Assembly: GCA_051294905.1 (NCBI GenBank)
Contig: CM119384.1
Coordinates: 4,898,001 to 4,962,000, forward strand
From: Botryllus schlosseri
Taxonomy: Eukaryota
Length of the DNA: 64,000 nucleotides
Direction of reading: 5' to 3'
The position numbers and the translations under genes are program-made. Below the pieces are notes generated by a model. That model had not been told where the DNA came from. It saw only the letters and a list, made by a program, of their open reading frames with translations, and searched no databases. Below, in pieces: positions 13,001 to 25,000 of this stretch; position 1 is the stretch's first letter, and each line of letters starts with the position of its first letter.

Positions 13001-16000
13001 AATTCTCAAAAAATCATAAATTGAATTATATTCTGAGCTAAAAGGAAATACAAGAGAAATCATGTTCAGTTCATATCAATCCAAACTTCATTCGCATATG
13101 AGCACGAGAACGACAAATGTCTGTACAGCAAGCTTGGCTCTTTCCGCACTATTCAGTTCTAATGTAGCATTTTCGGGTACATCGGAAATTACATTAGAAC
13201 TAAAATTAGAGCATAGAAACGTTTCGAAAATTAGATTAGAATTATCGGCATTTTGCTCTACAACTACAGACAACTAGAATTATCTGGACCAAATTTACTT
13301 TCTGAAACTACTTACACTTTTCGTTTTCTGCTTTCCAAGTTCGCAACTATTATACTTGTAATTGACGGTGACGTCATATTTTTGGATACGATTGTTGATG
13401 TACAATGTTCTTTTCAATTATCTACTACTTGCTGACGATTACCCCTGACGTAAGCCGAAAATATTCAGATTTATTCCAATATCAATATATTATTTACTTG
13501 TTATTGAGTGAAAATTTACAGCGTTATACTTCTACTTGGGTAGCAATTCTGGCTGCTGTGAGTCAGCCTGTAGCATCCGTCGTTTATTACGAGTTTTATG
13601 CGCCGCGCGCAAACCGCCCCCTCGCCCACCACACGAATACACACCGATTTTGATACAGTGCCTTTGTCAAAATGAGTGATCATAACATAACGCCAGTGTA
13701 AATTTGCACGCGCTTGTCACCATGGCCATGTTGTCACTTATGTGGCCCGCAAACCGACGGCCCCAACCCACAGAAAAGGCGGAAAGTCGGCGACCCTGAT
13801 GCCACATGAGATAATCTACATTCAGATCTATTTCCATCATACCAAAGGAAACATCGCCAGAAAGTAACAAAGGCAGACAGTTCCCTCGCAACAGAATGCA
13901 GTTAAACGGTGACTTTTATGCGTAAATAAAAACGTTCAATTTCTACAATACACAGTAAGCGTCGTAGCAAGGGGGGCAAAAGGCACCTAAGCACACTTCA
14001 AATTTTATTGGGCCTTGTGACGTAATGCATATTAACCACCTCACATAAGATTTGAATGTTGAAGACATTGATGAAATATTTTCAGCCTGGCTACAACTGG
14101 GCCCACGGGCCCAAGTCCGTAACTATCTAGTTCGCTATAGAGTTGTTGATACCTAAATCCCGCTCGTTGGTTATCAGGTAGCAGTAGAAGGAAAGTCTCA
14201 GATTTCTACTCGAGTAGAAGTAAAAGTACAGATTTTAAACTGATTTCTACCAACTACGAGCAAAAGTAGCAGACTTGTACAAACTACTAAATTTTCAAAA
14301 TGCGACACTAGAACTAGAACCACTCATTTTTCAAAATCCGCAACTAGAACTACTCGCTTTTCCTATTTCAAAATCCGCAACTAGAACTGGAACTAGAACT
14401 ACTCACTTTTCAAAATCTGCAACTAGAACTAGAACTACTCACTTCTCAAAATCCGCAACTAGAACTAGAACTACACACTTCTAGAACTTCTAAAAAAAAA
14501 CATTAGTTAGTTAGTTGTCCGTCAACAATCTAAACGGGTAGTATGTGCAAGTCTGAAAAATAGCCATTTCAAACTATGTATTCTAGGACTATTTTGCCTA
14601 AAAAACTGTACACTGTTAATGAGAAGTAGTTAAAATTCATTACCAATTAGCAGTGCAAATCTATGTAAGTGATTGAAGAAAGTCGGTGTACTTCCGGTGT
14701 TAGTCAACAGAGTACCAGGCGCAATAAGTGTAGCGTAAGAAAGAGTCGAGTTCGAAAAAATGCGCTGTCAAGTGCACAAGGACCACACGCCAAGACTACA
14801 ACGTAGAAAGCCTGTTCGCATGGACATGGTACACATATTTGCATCCTAGAATTCATGGAAAACTATAGAAAAATCCCGGACAAGGTTGCTGCAGCATTGC
14901 CCATGATAGGATGACGAAATATGTTAGCTATGTACTTTCAAATGATATTAGAAACTGACACTTTATGAAACCCATTGAATCGGTGTGAAGTGTCATCGCT
15001 TAATGTACGCCATTTTCCCCGTACTAATGACACTCCGTGATACACAAAGCAGTTTGCTTTTGTAAATAACCAGATGTATAAGACCGGGACCCATTGTTGT
15101 CGAGAAGTGGTCCGGGATCAAGATCTCTAAGTACCACTGCGACACACAATGCGCCCGTGTTGATTCTGAATAAACAACCGAGGCGCAACGATTATCAATA
15201 TCGCGGGGGTCGAACAATAAGACAGGACATTACAATATCGCCATCTCGCCAAAAGTTAAACAGTCATCAAACAGCGCGTCACAAAAAGAAGTAATTTTCG
15301 CATGACATATCGCCGGGCGGAATTGTCGCTAAATAATCAATTGCGAGCGCTTTTGGGCGTGTGCGATCGATCGTTGCGCGGAAAACAGTTTGAAAAATAC
15401 GTTCGGCCTTTGTGATCGCACAGATGTACACACGATTTCGCCTTTTCAGAGATTTTCGACACAAAGGAAGCCACCTAGCCCTATATTTGTTTGTGAATTA
15501 TAAATATTTGACGGCGGATGCATCAAAGACAGACGGGCGAATGCTCGGAGGAAATTGAATGCTTTTTCCCGCTTCGTAATGTAGACAAGACAAAAATGAT
15601 TACTCTCTGTGTAGCCAACATCAGCAATAATAACGATTCGGGACTTCATACGCAGAAACAAGGCGGGCAAGGCGCGAAAAACGATGCCGCGCGCAGCGCG
15701 CAATGTTGCGAATTGCGATTTCACCGAACTAGCCGTGAAAGGGCCAGGTGTCGCGGCTGATAACCGGCATCCAAAATAAACAGTCAATAAAAGCAATCGT
15801 TGGTGTGAGTGGGGTATCGCGGATAAACAACGGCGAAATTCAAAAACCCTGGATATCAGACAATGATTTGTATTTATCCTCCGTAAAGGAAGGCTGTCTG
15901 ATCAAATTTCATCGAACGCATATTTTTGACGGCTTACACGATCGGTTGGTCAGCAGCAGACTTGAACAACTTCATAATTCTTGTTGCTAATTAGACTAAT

Positions 16001-19000
16001 TAGAGCGAATTGCCCGTAATGTAATTCTAATCTAATTTGTCAAATGTTTCTATGCTCTAATTATGCTTCTAATCTAATTTCAGGTTTTCCTGAAAATACT
16101 ACATGAAAACTGTATAGTGCGAAACGAGCATAGCTTGATGCTATTGCAATCATGTGTCCAAGTCCATGTCTATATCATACAAGCACTGGCGTAGCAGCAT
16201 GTGGTGCCTTGACGGCTATTTCGGAGTGGTTCCATCGCCATGTTAACAAATTAATTCGTGTTGTCGGAATCAGCGCGACAATAGCTTTCGATTGAGACCT
16301 GTTTGATTAAATTTTAGCTCACGGGGCGCCAGCTATAGGACTACCAATTACGCTTTTTTTGGCCGGCTGTGTACACTGTGCCGAGCGAGGTAGTGTAATG
16401 GTGATGCGTCCGGCTTTATTGATCGGTAGGTCGTGGGTTCGATCCCTGGCCGGGTCAGACCAAAGACTCGAAAACTGGTATCCGCGGTTATCCCGCTTGG
16501 TGCTCAGCAATCACGGAAGAGAAAAAACGGGGGTGCAGACTAGATGACGTTACTATGAAGTCCGTATCGCATCTCCGTCGTGAAAGCATGTGATGGTGCA
16601 GGCGAAAAATAATACCATCTCCCTCTCTCTCTCACTGTGCAGCCTAATTTTGCCGCCCTCTAGGAGCCTGCCGCCCCTGGCGCAGAGCCAGAACCGCCAA
16701 GTGGCTGCTACGCCACTGCATACAAGTCACACGATCTGGCAACCGAAATCGACTCTGTATCATTCTCGAAACGCCGCATTACGAAGAAAAAACAGTCTGG
16801 GATAGGTTTCTAGATCTATAGACAGACCATGTGATTTTTACCCATTCCAATAGCTTGATTCGAAATCGCTAATCTTGTTAAGGCACTAATAAACCTAATT
16901 ATAAAACGCCAAAGCAAAACGGTTGCTAAAAACTATACCCATTCATATCTCAACACGTAATTATAATGATAAGGTCACATCGCTACTTGGCGGTCAACCG
17001 ATTCATAAAGTCAAGAGAAGCGCAATTTGATCGCATTATTACCATTAAACAAACCGCGCGGCTTCACACAAACCAAGCGCGATCCCAAGAAGTAGCTGCA
17101 TATCAAAAAGGCATCATTATTTTACGATGAGGCACCGGCCCGAGCCGCAAATATAAACCAAAAGCGCCAAGGGTACCAAATCTGTTTACGAATCGACTTC
17201 TATCCGAAAATAAGGCGAATCTATAATCCCTCAAAGCGCTAACAAAATTACATTAACCCTCGCCAGGAAAAAGAGTTGATTCAAACTAGCGCGACACAAA
17301 CCCGTCTCGAGAGAGTTAACATAAAACGACGCACTCATCCTCATTAAAACCTCGCGCGAAAATAACTTGTTTATGATTATTTAGTTATTTGTTTCCATTC
17401 CAGGCATGCTATTTCGCGCGGCGGGCGCGCATAGGATATTATCATCCGCAGGATATTGCCTGTAATAGCGCAGCTGACAGATGTCTACCAGAGCCGGGCG
17501 CATAACTTTCGGATAAGCGAAGCCCCGGGAATCCATTACAGGCGCGTAGCAACAACACCGCTATCGGGCCGCGTTGGATAAAACAACCGTCAACAGATAA
17601 TGTACGCGTAGAGTCCGGATGACATGTTGCAATAATACACAAACATACGTTCTGACGCGCGTCAATCAAAATGCGAGAAATCCCGAGGGCTAGAGCTTCC
17701 GAAGAATTCCACACAAAAATTTCGACGACACGTATCAAAGCATCCGCAACCACAGTACAAGATGCATAATTACGACAGCATCGACTGATGATATTTGACA
17801 TTAACCACGATCCTGCGTAGTTTGATGCCACCTATACATCCAGAGGTATACCATACATATTGAAATGAACCCGAATATTTTCGGCTGACACTCGTCAGGG
17901 GTAATCGTCTGCAACTTGTACAGAATTGGAAAGAACATTGCATTTCCAGAAGTGGTCAAAAACGAAGTACTTTTAGTTTTTCGGAGTACTCAAGTAGGTT
18001 TTCTATACTTACACTATTACTCACCAGAGTAGTTATGACTTTACAATACTCCTACTTAACAGAATCGCTCGCTACTCCTACTTCGACTGTCTTGGAGTAC
18101 CCAAGTAGATTTTACTTCTACGTGATAACATGATGATATCGAAGGTACTCCGACCACAGTAAAGAAGTATAATTCCAAAACGATCGACTATTAACATTTG
18201 ACATTAACCACAGTCCTGCGTGATTTTGACCATACAGTAAAAGGAGCATAATTCCATAATTAGCGACCACTAATATTTCACATTAACCACAGCCCTGCAC
18301 ACATTAATTGCACCTGTATCGTTAGACTAACGAACCGTGCCGTAAATGAGAACGCGGCCCCATATAATTTTCGAAAATGCCATCGCCTGGCAACGTATAA
18401 TTTCGAAATTCATTAGCCCCTTTCCACACAATTAAACACGCAGCCGGATAATTGAGGGCGAAAATATAATCTCTCTGACGGATATCATAATCTCCCAGGC
18501 GTTGGTGGTAAAATGCCGCGCCCCGCGCGCATTTATGCGGGGGCCCGCCGCGTGGCATCGCGGTCACATCCCCGTGCGGTCAGAAATTTTCCCGAGGCGC
18601 GCGCATGAAATTAGTCATATTATTTTATCTCCGCGAGGGATTCTCTCACCCCGTTTGAACCCCGCTGTTTGGTTTCGGATTTTGTTGATTATTGGCAGTA
18701 TACAAAGTGAAGCGGTACAACAACTCTGCGCGCCGACACGTTGTAATTGGATTGCGATCAGCGCATCGCCATTTTGAGTCATCAACGGTTATTTTTAGTC
18801 GACAATCAGGTGGCTTCGGCGGGAGATATTTCTCTAACGCGTTTCAACGCGATTACGAAATTCAACAAACAACACGACATAAATGAATCCTCTGTCAAGA
18901 CCGGGACAACTACATAATTGTAGTGGTCTAATTAATCTAATTACACGAAATGCCGGTAATCAAATTCGAATCTATTTCATGCTGAAATTTTTATTCTAAT

Positions 19001-22000
19001 CTAATTTTTTGGTTTTCCTGACAATGCTACAGGAGAACTGTACAGTAGGGCTCTTCAAAAATGACTTTTTTTCTCAAATCGTACTGGCTACTTGATAAAA
19101 TTGTTAGGTTACCTAATTTAAGCCTACACACAAAATTCGGTTCAATTCCAGCCAGTAACCGCTTTGCTACAGGAGAAGAAAGTTTCTATTTATTATATAA
19201 AAATAAATCATAAAAAATTTGAAAATTTTCTGTTCACCCCATGAAAGTGTTAGGCAGTCTATAGAAACGATGCTCACCAAATTTGGTTCAATTCCAACCA
19301 GTGGAAGCGGAGTTATTGCCGTCGAAAATTTTTGATTTGAATAAAATAGTATTTACGGTGACCGATTCTTTGTTTATTTAATGTAGTTGTGCTCACCGTA
19401 AATACTATCTTATTCAAATCAAAATTTTTCGACGGCAATAACTCCGCTTCCACTGGTTGGAATTGAACCAAACTTTGTGTGTAGGCTTAAATTAGGTAAC
19501 CTAACAATTTTATCAAGTAGCCAGTACGATTTTAGAAAAAAAGTCATTTTTGAAGAGCCCTACTGTACACGTACAGTAGGCTACGTTACGAGCCAAACTT
19601 GGCGTAGGCCTACAGACATTTGCCGTTCCAGACATGGAGTACTCGATAATTCTAATAGTTTAATTACACTAATTAAAACGGAATGCAACAGTTTCTTTTC
19701 AATGCTCTAATTTTAATTCTAACCCAATTTCTGGTTTTCCTGAAAACGCTACAGAAGAACTGTGCAGCGCGAAACGAGCCAAGCTTGCTGTGCATACATT
19801 CGACATGCTCCTGCTTATGAAAATCAACTATGGTTTGACACGAATTGAACTTGATTTTCGTTGTGCTTCTTTCTAATCCGGAAAAGAATTCTATTTCGAA
19901 ATTTTCGCGGTTTCAGCAATCCTAATTCTGATATAATTTCGAATAAAAACTGCGTAGCCATCATTCTGATTTTATTGTAGGCTGAAGATTTTCCGGTTGT
20001 CAAACTCTGGTCCATTTACGCTGTAAAAAACGCGAACGTGACGTCACAGTATGTCCGTTACCTGTTTTTCGAGCTGCTCCACCACTTGCATCTGTACTCG
20101 ACACTGGGCCGTGCTTTTATCGTCCAGTCTGTGGTCTTGGTTCAAATGCCTGTGATAAAATTTCGATGTCGTGAATTTGCGGCCTCGTATGTGAATCATT
20201 TTCACTGCTTACAAACTAAGTACTGATATTATACTATATCTAATATCGCTGCTTCCCACTGAGGGATAATTTATCAACGTGATTTACAGTTTTAATGCTA
20301 TATTTCCCAGAGGGGTAGTTTTGAAACCTCGATTACTCTATGGCAGCAACGAAAAATGTAGTACGAAGCTAAGCACGCTAGTATAGTACCGGTGATGACA
20401 TTTCGGCGAAGTTATTATCAACCTATAACATTGTCACACAGCAGCGCAATAAAACAGGTATGGTGGAAAATGTCAAATCATCTTTAATGTCATGTAGAGC
20501 TAGTATTCTTTTCGTCGTGATCGCAGAAAAGGTACATATTTGAACTCTACACATCATTCCTACTGATGCCCGAGTTACACGGTACAGTAATACCTTTGTG
20601 TTGCTGTATGGAAAGGGCCAAATATATAATTAGTGTACAGATCGCGCTATTGGACGCTTCGCCTCCAATGAAAGTTCGGCATCAGAGTTCAACAACGGGC
20701 ATCAAAATGATGTCGTCAGCCCGGCAGTACTTAATCTTATGTCACGTTATACGGAAATTCTGCCCAGCGCAGCTTTTTACGTTGGATCCACCAGTATCCG
20801 CGCTAAAAGCATTGGTTTCGTCCGGATAAAAGGAAACCCGATGTCATTAAACATGATTGTTTATTTTCGCTACGAGGCCGGGGATTCGACAAAGCGCTGA
20901 CTCTTGTCGGATGCATTAGCGAGAGCGCGACCGGAATTAGGCCGCTGCAAAAATGCCTCTACCGGGGTTCATTTAAGCACGAGAGTCGCACGCCATGCTA
21001 TTGTATCAAAATGTTATTTAATGTAAAAAAAATGTCAACATTCTTAATCATTGGGTCAAACATTTTCGGTTTCTAGGTCACTAAATAATCGCCCTAGTCA
21101 TGACTTATCGTGACTTAACACAGAAACGGGAACGGCGACATAGGACATACACTGGCTATTCGCAGCTAACGCAATCATCCAAGGCCCCGTATAAAGTATT
21201 TTAGGACTAAAGCAAAGCTAACTGCATCCTCAGGTCGTGCGACATCAGTGGTTTTACGGTTGGAATTCAGAAGCAGTGGCGAGCTTTGCGTGGTTAAAAT
21301 CGCACGGAATCTGTGTCCAATAGTTCACATCGCCCGCGTCTAGTCGTAATTAATCACGCACGGGGTTAATTATTACCACGCGCCGTGGATTTAATACGGC
21401 AGCTCATGATGCATTTCGGAAAAAATAGCCAGATATCTTTACTCGCAAAATTTAGGCATTCAATTCATTGGCTGTATCTCTATCCGATACATAGCAATGC
21501 GAGAGTTTATGTCATCACTTGGTTTAGTTTGCGATTAGCAAATTGAAAAAAGCCGACCAGCACACGACCACGACCATCAAAGCCGAGCCCTATACGATGT
21601 CAGACTAGCAGGCGCGCGTCAACTTGTAATTATGAACTAAATGAGCTATCCTTGACGAAGCGGTCGATTATTACAGTTTCCTGTACGGGCGATAAAAGTT
21701 TACAATAGATGGATATGCAGCGCCGGGACGGATAACTTTCATACGTCTATTATTATAATAAACACTTTAAGGTGCGAGCGCGCGCGGCAGCAGCGGGAAA
21801 CGCCTTTGACGAGAGGGGACTCGGTCTCGAAAACGCGGCGATAAAAATACCTAATTACCGGATTTCATGAACCGTGTGCCTATTCCCGAGTGCGTTCATC
21901 ACAAATCGCAACTATGATATTCGCAACATTATACTTATCCCGGCGAGCGTCTCAAGTTTCGCAAGCTATAAACGGGCTGGGCCAAATCGGCAGGAGAAAA

Positions 22001-25000
22001 TATACCATACTGCCTTCGAAACCGGAGAATATATAACTCAAGTCTATAGCGCAAAGCGTAGGTCTTAATTAATGTATCGCGGTATATGCAGGGATGGCAA
22101 AAAGCGGTCGCCGCTGGTACTCCAGCAGAAATAGAAGTAACATCGTACATTTCAATTCCAGTAGAAGTAAAAGTAGCCATTTTCAAGCAAGTAAATATTC
22201 TAGGCCTAGTTTCGCATAAAACTCTGAAAACCTTTGTATAGAACTGGAATCGATCTAAAATCATAACTGTTTGAGTAATAAACACGGGCACGGCAATTAT
22301 TTTTGTCCTAAAAAACAGAAGATTTTGCACTAAAAAACTTAATTTTGACAAAATTTTGCCCTCGCGTATTAGGCGTTTTCGCACATAATGGTAGAATTGT
22401 GCTACTTTTATTCATTTTTTGTTGGTTTGGTTGGCTGTTCTTTTTAAACTTAAAAATGACAATTTTTTACATGAAAAAACTTTGTATCAACGAAATCTGG
22501 ACGTATGAAGAATTCCAGTGGTTACAGTTATGGCACAAATAGTTTACTGACTTCGCACAACACCATTGCAACCTATTTCTTTCATTTGACAGTTTATGAA
22601 TTACAATGTGCAGGCAATGAGCCGTCTACGACGGTAGTCCTGTAAAGTAGGCTACCAGCTGTAAAATATCAAACGATAAGCTCTCCGACATTACAAACAT
22701 CTACGATACAAACGAAATGCAGGTTGCAAAAAAATTTTGACTTTGTAAACAATTTGGATATTTTTTTCACCTAACGCTGCAAGTTTTTTTTGGCAGTGTA
22801 AGAAAATCGACCTTGTAATATCTAATGCTAAGTAGTCGCCGTTGGTACTCGAGTAGAAGTAGAAGTAACATAGTAAATTTATAATCCACTACAATTAGAA
22901 GTGGAGATTGCCAAGTAAGTAAAAAGTATTCTAGGCTTAGTTTTGCCTTAAAAATGAACTGTCAAGTAGAACTTGAATTTGAGAAAGAAGTGACCGTAGG
23001 CAAAAAAACGTCTTCAGCAATCGGAAAAGTAGAAGTAGACTATTACCTCTATAGCTAGATGTAGATATGTATCTACTCAGGTTTGTGGTTAATATCAAAT
23101 AGTATTGAGTGTATGAAATTGGCAGAGGAGGTGATATTTCGGTCTAGTTTTTTGTCTAAAAGGGGGAAACAGTGAAGTAAAAGTAGTCTAAAATCACGAC
23201 CATTCGAGAAAATAGTGCGAGTACGCACATTCTATTTGCATACTCCGAACAGTATAAGTATTTAGCTACCGACCAGTGACCGTGCCTGGATGTAGGCAGC
23301 ATCAAAGTAAGCAGGATTATAGGTAATATCGAATAGTATCGGGTATATGGTAGTGGCTCAGGTGATATGTCGGTAGGGAGTATGATCGCAAATGGCGACA
23401 TTGTATGAGCAGTACGTAGACTGACCTCAATTCACGTCAAACAAGTCCACGGACAAAGCGCGCGGACACTCTCGCAAGTGACAATTTCCGTTGGCATTAG
23501 CGGAGTGATCGTGTGGCGAGATAGCGTTGTGGTATAATCCACAGCTGCAACACCAATGGATTGCGGGTTCGAGTCGGACCGTGGTCGACTCCAGAATTCC
23601 TACAGAAGTTTTGGAGGTTTATAGGCTCCTACTCGCCATATCATCCGTGTAAGCGGAAAGCGGTGTCTTATAAAAGCCTAGAAGTGGGCCGTGATACTAC
23701 AAGTCGGCAGCTATGAAATAAAAATGAAGAAAATTTGCCTGGTGTAAATGACCATTGTAGTCGACAAACACCATGACTACCACAAACAACAACAGGCGGA
23801 GTGATAATTACGGTGCGTGCCGTATATGCGGGATACGTAAACAACTGACTTTTACACCGCTATCAGGCAATATATTTTATAATGAAACCACCGCGCACAA
23901 TACGAAATATCGCTAATTCGAGTCCCTTTCATGGAGCACGCACAGAAAACATCCCGTCCGCTATGTCCACACGCGCGCCACTATAGACGAACATCGGGAC
24001 GCTTGTAGGGACTAATATTGATTCAAAGTCTGTTGTTTCCGACTTTCGAGACTTTTGGGGCGATTGGCAATAATGGAGACTAATGGCTTTTCGCGGAATT
24101 CCGCCGTCGATGGCACCTTGTCACTCACCCTCGGTGTGTCGCGTCTGCGCAGTTTTGCGGGCCGCCGCCAGAGGTGGTAAGTAACGAAGCGCTCCTACTT
24201 TTCCGGAGTACTCAAGTAGATTTTGCTTACTCGCAATATTTACTTGAGTGATTATGGCTTCTAACTGACAGTTTTCAGGTTTTTAAGCAAAACTGGGCAC
24301 AAAATACTTACTCCTGGAAATCGTTACTTTTACTTCTATTTGTGATTGAGTAGAAATTTATGACGTCACTTCTAATTACACTTGAGTACCAACAATGCTT
24401 ACTTTTCACCCAAACTACTCATAACGTACTTATTTTATACTTACTTGCAAATCGCTTCTTCTACTGGTACTCTAGTAGAAATGTACTAGGTTACTTCCAC
24501 TTGCATTCGGGTACAAAAGATGACCACTTCGACCACCTATATATATATATGCAATGGAATAATATATTCTATTGAAAACAACCAGAATATTTTCGGCTTA
24601 CACTAGTTGCTGGCGATTACCCCTGACGAGTGCCAGCTTAAAGTAATAGGGTTGATCTCAATATGAATATATTATTCAATTGTATATCGAAGTTCTGTAC
24701 CTCTATGAATCTCGTGGCCACCTCCGTGTAAAATAAATATATCTTGTGTCCAAAGTGCAGATTCGAATGAGAACTTGTATTGGGCGGACGCAGTTAAAAT
24801 AAGGATTGAAGTTTCGGAGTAATTCTCGTTAATCACCGACCAAACCACAAACGGCTATCCTACGACACCCCGGCGCAACGGCAGGGATCCCATCCGTCCA
24901 AGTCCCGCATCGCGTTATCAACCAGAAATATCGCCGGTTTCGCTAGGCCTAACGCAATTACGCGCGAAGCGCACACCGTTTATCGCGCTGTTGGGGATAA

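Noticed and set aside
16382-16460. tRNA gene
   Set aside because: A/B boxes present but no full cloverleaf; it continues into a SINE body with tail and TSD.
24127-24180. Strong GTGAGT donor as an extra FoxP exon
   Set aside because: Upstream sequence is a MITE end with no acceptor, and the conserved zinc finger needs no exon here.
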